Assembly (NCBI RefSeq): GCF_006345805.1
Contig: NC_042997.1
Coordinates: 46,996,001 to 47,060,000, forward strand
From: Octopus sinensis
Lineage: Eukaryota
Direction: 5' to 3'
Length of the DNA: 64,000 nt
Numbering within the stretch: position 1 is the stretch's first letter; each line of letters begins with the position of its first letter. Under the pieces are notes generated by a model that made no database searches, was not told the DNA's origin, and saw only the letters and a program-made list of their open reading frames with translations. The position numbers were made by a program, and so were the translations under genes. Shown here piece after piece: positions 35,500-50,655 of this stretch.

Positions 35500-37000
35500 A
35501 AAAAACAATGAAACAAAAATATTGAAATAAGAAAAAAATGTCCCCTAAGTCAGAAGATTCCAAAGGTTGCTCATGGAAATCCTACGAGTCCAGGGGCATC
35601 CTGAACACTAGTGCATGTACCCTCTCCACACCCTGATCCTGCAATCGACAGGTGCAGGCTCAGAGTGGTTCCCTCCACTTGGGTCATCCTAACGACATTC
35701 ACCCAACTTTCAAAAAATTTGCTGGAAAAGCAACATTTAACTCTACACCTTCACTTTCCTTTTGAAGTGAAAATTTAAGAAGTCGGTAAAGATATGGCTA
35801 AAAGAAATTATCAGTCTTCAGCTCTTTCAATCTGGTCCACCATATTTCATCTAAGGCCATAAGTCAGATAAACACTACCTGTCCTTCCCATCCAAAGAAA
35901 GGTGGCGGGAAGATATTCACAATAGACTGAGCCAACTGTCTGGCCGAGGGTAGTGCGCTGATGGCACTCCAGTTGCCAGATGCCCTGCTTCGGTCTGTGG
36001 TTAATCTAAGTCTGCAACTTAGCGAGAGAAAATAACTGAGGAAAAGCGAGTTTGACAAATAACAATGACACCTCCTCACTATCAAAGAAACGCCTCAGTA
36101 CACGTCTATGCATCATCAAATACGGCATGTCCGCTTCACTCAGCAAATGTTGACAACAAATGAAGTAGCGGACCTTTAGAACGCATTTCTTTTACAGAAA
36201 GCGGAAGAGTAGGCGCCCGAAGCTGGTTATACATGAACTGAGGCAAAACACGACGGTTAGGCGGTAATATTTGATGAAGGCCATGTGTGCTTTCACCACC
36301 TCTGTTCGATCTTTAAGGGGTAGCGTTCTCTTTGCCAATTTCTGGCTGAGATTAGGCACTCTGGTCATCACTTTGTTCTAGTTCTTCTCCACTTGAAGAC
36401 CTGAACTAAGCCAGACTCCGATCAATTTAACCGATCCCTCTGACCAATGCCCCATCGGGCTCCACTGGACGAGATTGACCTGCCTTTATAGTTACCGAGC
36501 TGCAGGCCAACTGACTTTTCTTGGTTGATTTTTGCTTCTGTCACCGCATCGTATTCCTTCCTCTGGAGTAGTGCTGATCAAGTTTATCTGCCTGGTGCCG
36601 GATAATATGACGGTGCTGTCATCTACTGATTCTTCCATGTTTTAGTTCGAGCAGGACACGCTTAGCCTCTCTATTTTCAGCAATAGGGGCTCTAGATTCA
36701 GTAGGTACCGAAGAGACGAAGGGGGACAACATTCACGGACTGATCGTACGCATGATGCTGAATGCTTCTAGCAGTTCATCTGAACTGCCACAAAGAGGTT
36801 GTTCTATATTGCAGCAATCCAACTGTTAAAGGCGTAAACCGAAATCAGCCGCCGTGAGAAGAGCCGCCAAATATTGGTGAGCTGAAGGGATCCAACCACG
36901 CTAGGTTCTTTACCTACCATTTCTGCGGTGTACTACATGAGCTGGAGGCTGTTGTGGATAGATCTGCTTCGGGTGGTACATATTTGCCAGCCACTAATCA
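35500..37000 (-). mobile_element. Tx1/L1-clade LINE 3' relic
   Basis: Minus strand: ESVDDSTVI (YADD-like), EAKINQEKSVGLQLG, GSVKLIGVWLSSGLQVEKN*NKVMTRV...LPLKDRTEVVKAHMAFIKYYRLTV, and a terminal RKVKV...WVNVVRM. Confidence 0.8.
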
Positions 37001-38887
37001 CACTTTCGACGGCAAGCACCAATCTCTTTGCGAACACTTTAACCATAATTCTGAAATCTGCATTAGCAGGATAAGAGCATATCTCCCAGAGACAACCAGA
37101 ATACTATTACATTTAAATATAGTCATTTGATTAAGAATTTTTCTATGAAAGCACATGTTTCTGAGTTCGATCGAGATGCGTGCAACATGAGGACATGTTG
37201 CTACCATCACTTTGGATTGACCAGCATATTGCGATTGGATGTTGGTAGGCAGATGATGTGTGATATTTCATCATGTTCATATATTTTTGTGAGTGCGAGT
37301 GCATGTATTTGTGCTGTGTGTGTGTGTGCTTGTACTAACATAATATAGACCTACAGATATAAATAGTATTCCGCTCTTTATATTTGACGTTATACTCGTG
37401 TGTATTCGTTTGCCAATTGCGCATTACCAGTTTTGCTGATATGAATGAATAACTAAAATTTACGTCTCTGAATTTATTTAGCATTCACCCGTTTCGCACA
37501 AACGAGAAAACCTCGAATCTACTCTTCGGGAAATAAACTCCTGATGCTCGTAATGTAAAGGTAATTGTGTAATATCAAGAACTTAATTAACTAACGGGTC
37601 CCATAAACCGTCTTATTTTTTATTTCTTCACTAGTACCTAATGTGGTGCTCATTCGGAATATACTCACACTTCATAATAAACGTGGCTTTGCAAGAAGCA
37701 GCAGCTAATTCTTCCTCACACTATACTCTACATTCGTAACAATGAAAGAAGACCATATTAGGTAACATGGGAAAAGAAGATGGTCACATCTGGAAAGCAA
37801 TTAAATATACTGTACGCGATTATCTAAGCAATAAAACAGTAATAGCAACGACACCTACAACAACAAAAACATCACTATTTGCCGTAAAAACTCTTGCCGT
37901 AACAAATCTTAGATCAATTGTTAGCAAGATAAAATGCCTCAGGTAACAGATGTGTGCACAAACAAAATAGCTATCACCTTTGAACAATTATCGAAGTGCA
38001 TGCAGAAGAACCAAGCCTTGTTCATCAATATCTAAATCAACGTCTTTATAGTGTAACCGTTCAGTGTACTATATGACTGATAACGCGTTCATTTATCAAA
38101 GAGAAAAACATGGCTCGTGTATATTCCATAGTCGTTGTTTGAAAGCAATGAATGGCCTCAATCGATAAAACTATCTCCTGTATATGCAAATTATAAAGAT
38201 CACAAACACCAGAAATATGCCTACTGTGTTCATTTTATGTGATATTCTCTTAAGAGAACATGCCTCACGCGTATGATGGATGGTTTCAGTCAGATGAATA
38301 AGAACCTAAAGCTTGAGAAAAAAGGAAATTTCCGAATGCAACATAGATAAAAGATATTCCGAAGAAAGTAAATATTGAGTCTGGCATCAAAGTTTTATCA
38401 GCAGTTCCTGAAGATCAACTATACTACACCCTTTCACACACACACACACACACACACACAACAAACGCATAGATAAAACCCTTAAGCAGACATACACACA
38501 CATCTATGTATGTAGGCATACAAGTGTTTATGTCGGTCTACAAGCAAAAAGTATTGGATTCCTCGACAGATTCCCATCCTTTTCTGGTTCAATATACTTC
38601 TTAAAGTAACAGTAAGCATTCGAAAACTTGATGATTATTACAACATATGAAATAGTTACTAAACAGTATTTAATGCCATGTTGGTTAGATCTAGCTAGAA
38701 TATTCTAGTATAATTATCAGATTTATAATATTATGTCTTAAAAATTTAATTAGTATTCATTTCAATGCGAATTTATTTAAAAATAAATCTGCTAGTCTAA
38801 TCTTAATTTTTTTATAATTAAAAAAAATCAGTATATATTTTATAAAGCTAGAGGATTTAAATTTTGAATTTACTTAATTAAATATTA

Positions 38888-41000
38888 TTAATGAGATGTC
38901 TGATACTGATAGTTTTCATTAAATTTGTTGAGATTTAGGTGCAATATAGTTAGAACATACCTTGTTTTCTGGTTTTAATCGACTTCAATGTATAATAAAT
39001 TTTTTCTTGTATTACTGAAAACAGAAAACAAGATTCACTCACACATTTTGAAGCAAACATAATCATAAATTTAGAAACCAGTTGCTATCAATGCTGTTAA
39101 ATTTTTATATTTGATATCTAAATCATCAAAGCTCATCGTTGAGAAATTACTCTGAAAAACTATCAAAACTGAGAATGATTTCTTGCTCTTGCAAAAGCTC
39201 CAGGAATGTTTATTGTACTTATTGATTAGGGATTTCTGTAAAATTCCAGAATTGGATATTTTATTGATGTTTTAGAGATATCTGCTGATTTCTAGTTTAA
39301 CAGAACTTAAATGTTCAATTATATATTTTCTCACTCGTTTAATACCACAAGGATTATCTTCAATTTTTAAATAGAATTTCAGTTAAGCTTGTGATTGAAT
39401 TGAAGTTGCTATTTCATTCCATAATTTTCTTTTCGCAAAGAAAGCAGTAAATGTATCACAATGCTCGGTAATACTTTTTTTCGTGAAGTTTTGAATCAAT
39501 TATTCATAAAATATAGCAAAATCAAGAATCTATTCAAAGCTTAACTGCAAATAATCGACCGAGAATTTATGCTTTTACCGTTATCAAAACAAACACCGAA
39601 TTTTTCTTTCTAATCTCAAAAGCTTCCTTCTGCAGGTTTCCTTTTGATATCCAACATACATCAGTATTATATAACACGTTCAAATGGCTTATAATATTAT
39701 TCTGCTTGTCACAACGCGTGTTTGAATGTTACGCATTTGAAGGGAAGTAACCTCACTTTCACCTCAATTGTTATACTTATCTGCTATTGTCAAACTGATG
39801 ACAGTAAGACAGCACAAAGCAGGAAGAGGTAACGGGCGTTAATGGGAGAAGGCGGCAACAGTAAGAGAAATCAAGAGACATATTTCGAATCTTTTGCAGA
39901 ACGAAAGAATATTATGAAGAATACTATTTTTATGAAAATAGAAATAAGACACTTGAAATTTCTATGATTTTCGTTTGTTGATATTAAACCTCGACCAAAG
40001 CTGTATGAAAAGGATTTTTCTTTCATAAAATCTGGAGAATTTTATCAAAATTAAAATAATTTCATTGAAGTTTCTGTGTGACTATTTACTTTAAAATCTT
40101 TCATACAAATGAAAGTGTGAGCAATGTTTCAATTCATTTCGTTAAAACCAGTCTTACAATCCTGGATTTGGAATCAGTCATAGTAGAGAAGCGTTAGTAT
40201 AAAAATATTGATTTATTCTATTCAATTTTCTCTTCTAAAACAAATCCGAAATTAACTTTAAAATGTCTTAGGTGTTCCTTATTTCATTCGGTAGTGCTGA
40301 GAATAAAATCTTTCTGAGAACATTATTATGGAAGATACAATATTATGAAAGTTACAATATAAGAACGATAAGCTGGGAAACTGTAGCTCTGTTGCATTTT
40401 TCTATGACGCTATTACATGATTTTTTAAGAATTAAACTTATCACTGACAGACACAATTTTACTGCAATCAGGATACAATGTTTAGTAGCAATACAGATTT
40501 TAAAAGTAATCAATATAAACATATACTACACGCTTACCTACAGTATAGGATTTCCTGTTTTATGGGACACTTTAGATGAACTGTGGTAGGAAGTGCGTTG
40601 AGTGTATACATTTCGTTTAAAATATCTTCCTCGTTCATATGAAGTCATCCTTTTCAAACAGTTTTGCAAGAAGACATCTCAAGATGTATAACATTCATTA
40701 AAATGTTAGGGAATTTAATTGGACTCAATGAATATTTCCTTAAAACTTGACTTCGAATGACACAACATGAGACAACTATCGAAGCTACTTCTCTTCACTG
40801 GTAATTTAAGTATAACAACCACTGAACTGTGAAATTTGATTGAGTGTCTACAGATATACACCATTTCCTTGTATTTGTAATGTTAATTGTATTTTAAAAT
40901 TTGATATGTATTTGAATTTCAGACTTTCTTCTACTTGTTTAGATAAATTTCATGCTGACTGAGCAAATCTATAATCAAGCGACGAGTTCTACAGACACCG
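38888..41000 (-). mobile_element. Ancient hAT (Buster/ZBED5-8-like) transposase relic
   Basis: Scattered collinear remnants: TSYHSSSKVSHKTGNP (~40550-40600), STMTDSKSRIVRLV (~40150-40195), MFASKCVSESCF (~39020-39060) and C-terminal ...YQYQTSH* (stop at 38888). Heavily decayed. Confidence 0.5.
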
Positions 41001-43314
41001 ATCTTTCCTTTTGCAGTCTGTAATTCAGTGATTGGCTTGTTGGAAACCAATAATCAACGACATCACTGGACACGAAAGGCATGAAATAAAATCACAAAAA
41101 ATAGTCGTCTATTGTTCTTTCGTCTTTCTTTCTGATAGACTGCCCCCAGTGTCACACATTTTCCTGTCAGACCATTTTTTTCCTACTCAAACAATAGTAT
41201 GACTTGAATGAGAGTTGGTAGCTATTTATAACAGTTTGAATGACCATGTGTATATTTTTTCGTTATATCAATATTACATTCAATTTCAATGCAACTTATT
41301 GATCGTAAGCTTATCACCTATAAGTTTCTTTCTTAATATTAGAACGAGGAAGATGATAGGTCGGAATATTGGCAGACTCCGTAGAACATCAGAAGAGAAA
41401 CATAATGGTGGTATTTAATTATGCTTCTTTGTGTTCTAATTTCGTATCATAGCACGGCTAACAGTCGTTCACCTTCCCCAGGTCGATAAAATGAAAGCTG
41501 AACGTTATCTTTTCTAAAATCTGAACCCTTCAGTGTACGCTAGAAATCAATATCATTGAATAAAGTAGATGGCAAACTCAATATATAATTGCCCAAAATA
41601 CCTTACAGTATTTAGTTACATTCTCTTGAGCTCTACGTTCTTATCCTGTCTATGTCAGGTTTAACTGCTACATTTTAGATAAGTCAAGAACTGGATACGA
41701 TTGAATAGATTGCTTTCCTCTCAAACTAAGTAGGTTTGTGTCTATGTAAGAAAACGCTAACAAAGAGATGTTCCTAATTCAAAAAATCACGTGGCTTTTG
41801 ATAAGACAAAACTATACTATTTTGAAATTCGTTGTATCCCTTTATGAAAACTCCGCGGTTGAAGACGAAATCTTATTGAAGACACGTTGTATCATTTGTC
41901 ATTGCACCAAGGCGAAATTGACGTCACCGAGTTACTATATTAATATTACCGTGTCGCTTGCACAAAATTTAGATTAACGTCTAATGCCAATCATCAGATT
42001 AGTCAGCAGGTTAGCCCTTTATTAAACTGCTCATCCAGTTGACACATTATTAGACTGCTCAACAAATTGCATAATATTAAATTGGCGATCTATAGGTTTT
42101 TATTAACAATATGACAGAAAAAAAATATATATAGTGGTAAATTTCTGTATACCGAATAAAAATACAGTAGGTTTTCATATATGTAACGCATTGCGATTAG
42201 AAAAGTTCGATTCACTAAGATTATTCAAGCAATTAAAAGGCAATATCACGGGTTTTAGTTGCTTGAAATAAAAAGAAAATAAGACTGATAGATAGTTCTG
42301 TATAATAATATAGTAATTGCTAATTAATGTGGATCTGGTCGGGTTTATTAGACCTCCTCAGTTGGCAAAAATATGTGTGATCGATATGACGATAAAAATA
42401 GAAAGAAAGTAGTAACACAGGTTATGAATATAAGCAATATGACGAAGGGGAGAGATTTCTCAGGCGATCGTTCTGCTTAATAAATTCAAATGCGAAAGGG
42501 TCTTATGCATATAATGCAAAGAGTTGTAAAATTTCGGTCAACTGCGATCATCTAATTAGTAGAGAACAGTTCCGATACACAATTAGAGTGATCACCTACT
42601 AAACACATTATTATACACCACCCGCTTAACACATTATTAAATTGCTCAGCTATTTGATATGATATTAATTTAACCACTCAGTCGACAAATTATCATATGA
42701 GCACCCACTGAATACTTTATCAAATTGTTCATCTAGTCGGCACATTATTAATTTGCCACTTAATTGACATATCATTGAATCACTTTTCTGAAATTCAATG
42801 AAGTCAATGTAACCAGTATGAAGTTCCAGATTATTTCATGAATTAATGGCCAATAAGTTTTTATATACGCTTTACTGGTTTTATTCATTGAACTTCTGCT
42901 ATCCTGGGGCCCCAATTTTTGAATAATTTTAGTCGCTCATATCGATACGTTACAGTGTGACTTAAAAGTGCTTAACTTAGCCCTGAGTTTTACACTATGA
43001 AATATTAAAACAGATATCGACGCAGGCACATAAACACACATCCATATGTTATAATTTCCCTGACTGACTCCAACGCTTTACCGTGTATCAGTAATCCGTG
43101 ATATGTGGATTACTGAGACTATGATGCGTCATATATCAAGCGAAACATTGAAGTCGCTGTCAATGAAATTATGAGTAATCGATCCTACACATGTATCGAG
43201 TACATTAAATAGTCAATGCGCGTTAATATTATGTATATAAAAACACTGAATTATAAATGTATGCATAGATATATGCATACATGCATACATATATATACAT
43301 ATATGCATATATTA

Positions 43315-43759
43315 AATTAAAATACTGAGGGTAGAAATTGATATCAACCAATTAACATCAATTTAAATCAGTGGTTTGGCATATTCAAAAAAAAAAATCC
43401 GAAGATTTAAAAATTATATTAGAATTAATAAGAGGATTTACCACTGAAGTGGATTCCTATACGCTAGAAATAGACGGCAAAATCTCCTTAACATAAAGAG
43501 TATGTTCTCAAGAAAAAAAAACAGCCTTGCTTATTTTTTTTTACATTTTGGCCTTTGCTGATTTTTTTCTATTGAGAACACATACTTTGTGGTAAGGCGA
43601 TTTGGCGTCTATTTCTAGCGTATAGGAATCCACTTTAGTGGTAAATTTCCTCTTATTAATTCTAATATAATTTTTTAATCTTCGGATTTTTTTATATGCT
43701 AAACCACTGGTTTAAATTGATGTTGATTGATATCAATTTGTACCCTCCGTATTTTAATT
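43315..43759. mobile_element. Foldback MITE with ~200-bp inverted arms
   Basis: aattaaaatactgagggtagaaattgatatcaac...gttgattgatatcaatttgtaccctccgtattttaatt. A partial third arm lies at ~44060-44141. Confidence 0.85.
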
Positions 43760-44147
43760 CAAAATAGCAATGTTCTCAAACCGGTGAATTAACTGCGGTA
43801 ATTTATTATCTGTAAGGTTGTTTTCTGGCACTAGCGCGCCAAAGTGAAGGCATTTTGAAAAATACCACAAATATATTTTGTAGAACTGTACAAGAGTTTT
43901 CGTTCGGGAAAACGTTTCTGTGTATAGTTCTGTAAAATATGATTTGAAATACGACAGGCTACGCTGAGGATTTACAGATGCTTGCATTTTGCAAATATTA
44001 ATAATGAAATCATAATACGTATGTAATCGTTTTATTTTGTAAATTTTCGTTTGCCTTGCTTATTTTTTACATTTTGGATGTTTTTTTTTTCTTGAGAACA
44101 CACTCTTTGAGGTAAGTCTATTTCTAGTGTATAGGAATCCACATACA

Positions 44148-44195
<48 letters not shown>

Positions 44196-44605
44196 TATTT
44201 ATATATGTTGCCGACAATAGATTGCGACTGCGCAGTGAATTTGAAAAGTATTAAAATATACAAGCAATGAATTTACATGCTGAATCGATCTCGTTGTGTA
44301 TATATTTAATCTTAGGCTCGCCCATTGAAGAAGACGGCATCAGTAAATTTTTATTTTAATGAAATAAGTCAGAAACCATGGTCCAGGAATTGAATTAGAT
44401 GGTAAATATTTTTATTTTTCCTTCCCTTCGAGAATTTATCTCTAATTAGTGGCTGGGACTTTAACTGTTCTTTCTAGCGCAAAGCATTCCTATGATGGAA
44501 GCCTCTTAACGTGTTTTAATGTAAACGGTATTTTATATATATATATATGTATATATATATACATATATATGCATATATATGTATATGCATATATATGTAT
44601 ATATA

Positions 44606-44761
44606 TTGTTATATTTCAGAATGGTCATTTTGTCAGTTTAGCCAATAAAAACACACGCACTATATATTTGGTGTTACTTTGCTTCAGTGTTATTCATTTT
44701 TTACATTAATCTTAATCTTATTTGGCTAAACTGGCAAAACGACCGTTCCGAAATATAACAA
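44606..44761. mobile_element. MITE with ~42-bp TIRs
   Basis: ttgttatatttcagaatggtcattttgtcagtttagccaa / ttggctaaactggcaaaacgaccgttccgaaatataacaa. A half copy lies at ~52245-52300. Confidence 0.8.
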
Positions 44762-44794
44762 CATATTTTTCAACACACGACTTCACATAAAAAA

Positions 44795-44853
<59 letters not shown>

Positions 44854-45340
44854 TATGTGTGTGTGTGTGTGATCCCGCATAACTATCATGGAGCAAACTG
44901 GAGTTACATTGAAAAACGCTTCTCTTAGGTCTTTGGTGTGTGATTGAGATCAAAACCACGTTGTTAGTTTAGCATCAAGCCCCATGAACAGCGCCATCTA
45001 TGCATACTCGCACACATGCACGCGCGCGCGCGCCTTTTATAAATTCATTATCTGAATTATTATATGTTGTTTCACAGACTGTGATATCATAATCTCGAAG
45101 ATCGGAGCCAACATCTGAATGTTGTGAATTTAAATAACTAAAATTGTTTCTTTAGAACAATAGCAAGGAATAAAATTAAAAATCTGGTCATGTTATTTCA
45201 ACAACAGAGCAAAGAAATTATCTCGCTTTCGCTTTTCATTTGTATTTACTTTTTACTGCAAAAAGTGAGTTTGTGTAAAGTTATATAGTAGAAGTCATCT
45301 CAATTTTCTTTTTCGTACTACGTGCCTGTATGTGTGAATA

Positions 45341-45425
<85 letters not shown>

Positions 45426-45720
45426 GTGTATATATACAGTAAGCCTCCAATCTGTTTCCGCCTACGAAATTCGATCATAAAGCAGTGGTTGGCTCACAGG
45501 TATGGTAGGAGACACTTGCCCAATGTACCGTGCAGGAAGAATGATCGTACATCAGTGTGGTTGCAAAGCTAACCTCTGTAGCACGCATCTCCACTTGCAC
45601 CTGTGATATACGCGCGTGCACACACGCACGCACACGCACACACGGATCAATGTATATACACCATATATAATATATATATATATATACATATGTATATATA
45701 TATACACACATATATATATA

Positions 45721-45858
<138 letters not shown>

Positions 45859-47149
45859 TATATATATATACACATCAGTTAAAGTATACAATATTATATA
45901 TCAATTTCAACCGATCTTAACAAGCGGTTTCGTATCAAACATTAGATAGCAGACTGTTATCAGATTCACGCTTCACATGACCCTCGGAGATGGCAGGGAA
46001 GGAAAATTACGAAAAAATTCTATTACCAGAAAGTGAGTGACTATTGATTGAAAACTTTGTCGTTAGGCCAGCAAGTTAGGATACGAGGTTAAGTCGACCA
46101 TTCAACTGGTACCTATTTTATCCATCCCTGAAAGGATTAAAAACAAAGGCGACCATGGCCGCATTTGAACTCAGAAGAACAGAGAGAGAATATTGATAAT
46201 CCTAAACATGGCACATCACAATAGTAATTCTGTTCAGTTGTCCGGATATAACTGTTACAACCACAACTGATGGTCCAAATAAATGGAGATATGAACGGCA
46301 GGGATCCTTGAATGCCTAATCTGTAGTAGCAAATGAGACTGCGATCGGGGAAGTGATGAATGCAGAGCGAAGATGTGAGGCTGGGATAGGGAGTGAAAAT
46401 CCACTTGTATATTAAGAAGCTCAACAGTTTTCAATTGACCTCAGTCGTTAACCGATTTGTATTAATCCTAAAGACTTCTGAATGACTCTGAACGTATATT
46501 GAGATAATTTTTTCTTTAGTGCTAGCGGAAGATAAGGAAGAAACGCCCAAGGCAATTAGAAACACACTTGAATAGAATTTCTTGAAGACTGAAGTTTATA
46601 TTTCTAGTTGGATGGAGGTATCTTAATGCAACTCATCTCTTATTCAATAAAAACATCATATGCACACCTAAATATAAAGGTAACTTCTGTAGTTTCCGTC
46701 TAATTCTTTTTGCATCGATTTCTTTACCATGCAATAGCTTAACGTGGTTGCTTGAAGAAAACAATTACTTTGCACGCAGTCTTCTTTGATTGATTTGACT
46801 ACATGTATATCCACAGTTAGGTTGATGTTAACAACATTAATGCATGGAAAATTTAAGAAAAGGAAACAAGAAATAAATATCCGAAGAGAAAGAATGATTA
46901 CAACTCAATGGCTAATATTTTCAGCTTCCCAACAAGTTCAAGTGACAACTTCATACATTTTCCAATATCATTCTGAGTTCATTGATGAAGTATAGCCTTT
47001 ATTGCACATGCCGAGATATGATGAAAGAACCATTATGTAAATGTACATGCTCTTTACTTAACATTCTTAACGTCTTTCCCCACATCATCCCTCACCGTAC
47101 CTTTCTATAACTTTTGCATATCAAAAGCATCAGTTGAATATTTTATTAC

Positions 47150-47560
47150 TGCCACAATGAATTCAGAATCTCTTTGTATTTCACTTCCATTCAATAAGAG
47201 CCGAAAATGTGTTTCACTCGTGAGTCAGCAAAAACACCCGAAGGAATCACCGATACCATCTTCCTGCTGCCGTATGTTTCACACCGTTCAGTTTAATCGA
47301 GGCTCATAACATTCGGGCGTCCATGATGTTCACTCGTAGCTGTGTTAAAGTTGTACAACCGGTCTGCAATGACTCAAACATCTGGAGGGAACTTCATGTC
47401 CCTACCAACTAGGAAACGTTTCTGTATCTTTGCATGATTTACAATATAAACTTTCGAAAAACAAATGATGTATTCGTACTGGACCACATGCAAGGATTCT
47501 CATCCACCAAATAATATTGAGAAATTTAACTTTGCAGCCTCCATTCGCCTACCACTCATG
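47150..47560 (-). mobile_element. Possible Tc1/mariner-superfamily relic
   Basis: Weak remnants: HAKIQKRF...ATSEHHGRP...VKYKEIL. Confidence 0.35.
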
Positions 47561-48739
47561 AACTAAGATAGATTCGTACGTTTTACTTACTTTTACATAA
47601 ACTTCAACATACACAATATACTCCTTCAAAATTTTGTTTCACCGCTTCACCTCTCTCTCATTCTCGTACACACTGTACAACTGTCTCTGTCAAACTCTCA
47701 ACTTTGACCTGTTTAAAATATTTTCAAGAGAAAGTTTTCGATTCTGGTTTCGGATAAAGAAGACTGTGGGAACAAATTTAGCAACGTTTGGCAAAATATT
47801 AACCCTTTTGCCAAGTTATAACAAAAAGTTAGTGAAATATTTAAAATGTTTACAGTGGGATAAATAGACAAATATAACCAAATAATTTGACAAAAAATGT
47901 GAATTTTCAATTATTTTCTGAGATTTTACAAAAACAACAAAAATATTATAATGTAGGACTGACTCAGACCATGAGTCTTTAATTACTCTTAAAGAAATGT
48001 ATTTTAAGATTTATGCAAGACTGAAAAATTACCGATGATCTTTCGTGAACAACTCAAGTAAATAAAAATACCAAACGCTGGCAATGCTGCATCTACTGAC
48101 ACGCAGGAAATAATTTTCAAAACTCCTCTACACGTCTCAGCATTGTTCTCATAAGACTACTACTTGCACGATTCAGCATCCAAACACAAGCTTTTGGGAT
48201 GACTAATAGATATTAATGTGCCATATACTGTCGCATCTACTTCATAAATGTAATGTTCATTCTGTATCTTTACAGACATTACTAAATGACCTCTGATCAT
48301 CTGAACTTGTCTGATATACTCATCCTCGACGCCATCACCTCATCTGATGCATTCATTACTTTCTTTCAGTTGCCATCTCTTCTATGTCTCATTTCACAAA
48401 TTCCCAATGCAACAGTTTGCTAAATCAATCCTCCACAGAGCTTCACCATGCTGAAAACCCCTAATTTCCGCATTGGCTCCCACTTACAAAGAAACCAAAT
48501 TGAACATTCACCAGTTTGATCTTAGAAAATATACAAAGTTCACAACATCGTTTTTCTTCTCCTTGTCTTACTCCCCCCTATTTCTCTGACGAATTTAAGG
48601 TAATAAAATATATTTTGCCTTTTCAAATGTTTAAACATTCACAAATACCTAGTAATTTTCCACTCTTTTAGTGAGAGAACATTTGATAGTTGTTTTATTT
48701 ATCATTATTATTATTATTACTATATTATTATTATTATTA

Positions 48740-48776
<37 letters not shown>

Positions 48777-48782
<6 letters not shown>

Positions 48783-49020
48783 AGTTATCGCCATACTAAT
48801 ATGGCAGTCTATAAATATAAAACTAAAGCTGTCGCTGATTAGCTCCAAGAGGCCATCGCCTCTAGCTAGCTATGTGACACACGAACCTGCGTCCATTACA
48901 ACCTTCAAACAGGGGAGGTCAGCCACTTCACCTTGCTAGTCAGACATCTGCAGACATGTTTCAGGGTTGTTGCCCTTTATATTTATAGACTGCCATATTA
49001 GTATGGCGATAACTATTAAT
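48777..49020. mobile_element. MITE with ~45-bp perfect TIRs inserted next to (TTA)n
   Basis: attaatagttatcgccatactaatatggcagtctataaatataaa / tttatatttatagactgccatattagtatggcgataactattaat. Confidence 0.88.
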
Positions 49021-49631
49021 ATCCAGTAACGCTGCCGTAATCTCCTCTAGAGAGACTTAGTAATTTTAATATTTCTATTATTATTATTATTATTATTATT
49101 ATTTAGCTTCCATATGTAGGCATGAATCCTAAGTATTTTAGGAAAGGAAATACTGAAAGATTATACCGAGGTCATTCCGCTGAGAATGGCAATACTAGCA
49201 GCAATCATCGTACAAACTAACATTAAAATGAGGTTATTAAATCAAACTGCCGAGACAATTTTATTTATTACAACGTTCACAATTTATTAAAATAAAAGTG
49301 AAACCGCCCTACTAATAGTCTTTTGAATACGCTTGTCAGATATGTGAGAAAATTATATTTATTGTTAATGAGGAAAGCTCCACATGCTCGATCTTACTGT
49401 TTGAAATAAAGACGAACCGCCCTCAAATCACAACCTACCGTCGTGAAAAATAAAAAGAACAATACAATGAATGATGTAGCTCTGAATTTGTAACACCTTA
49501 GAAATAAATATTTTAGTTGGCGTCTACCGCGCAGTTTAGCAGGAATAAACAAACAATAAGAATAAAGCAATGGTTCATTTTGACTGAAAGAAAATAGCAA
49601 GAAGAAATGTCAGCACATCTAGGGCCATCAA

Positions 49632-50125
49632 AGCAAGCACACACATATGCACACGCACACACACACACACACACACACGCGCGCGCACAAAAATACACAC
49701 ACACATACACACAAACACACACATACAAACGCACACACGCAAACACACACACAAGCAGTCAAACAAATATGCACACGCATACACACACACACACACACAC
49801 AAACGCACAAAAACACACTCAAAGAAACACACACAAACACACAAACACAAATAGGCACGCACAAACACACACTTACAAACGCACACATGCAAACACACGC
49901 ACAAGCAGTCAAACACATAAGCACGCGCAAACACACATACACACAAACACACAAACACACATAGGCACACGCTAACAGACACACACAAACGCACACACAC
50001 AAACACACAGACACACACAAACACATAAGCACACGCAAACCCGCGCACACACGCACGCACAAACACATACACAAACACACAGGCACACATAAACACACAC
50101 ATAAACACACAGGCACACACAAACG
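49632..50125. repeat. Long degenerate (CA)/(CACAAA)-type compound repeat
   Basis: Direct reading. It gives rise to the C/V- and H/T-rich pseudo-ORFs. Confidence 0.9.
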
Positions 50126-50279
50126 CTACAGCGAAAGAACGAGCATGGGCGTGGTGGCTCAAAGTATTAGAATTAGCATCTAAATTTCCCTTGGATCATA
50201 TTACATAGGATTTATTAAATCATGTAATTGAGGGACGCTCTATCTGGAAGAAACATGGATTATTATGACTAGGATGTCA

Positions 50280-50655
50280 TTGATGGAAGATACTGCATAG
50301 TGCCAAGGACTCCAAATTTGCCATCAAGATGTAGGGCAAGATATTGCGATAGCCTGGGCTTCAGAGGTCCACAGCTCTTCAATATCCTCCCGAAGGACCT
50401 GAGAGACCTGCATGGGGTGGATGCAAATGTCTTTAAAATAAAGCTGGACCTCTTCCTGCCAGGTGTCCTTGAGGAACCAACTTCACGGCAGGAGGTGCAG
50501 ATGAGGGCAGCTGCATCAAACTCTCTCATGCACCAAATGTCAATTGCTAAAAAGCATTCGTGAAGTGAAATCATGTAGCAACACCGAATGGCGGTGCCCC
50601 AGGGTGGCCACAGCTCGTGAGCTGAAATTAGATGAAATGAAATGAAAGGAAAATG
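50280..50655 (+). mobile_element. CR1/L2-group LINE 3' end
   Basis: CDSLGFRGPQLFNILPKDLRDLHGVDANVFKIKLDLFL (LFNxLP...FKxxLD motif), then a 3' UTR ggcggtgccccag...ctgaaa and a (GAAAT)n tail. Confidence 0.8.
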
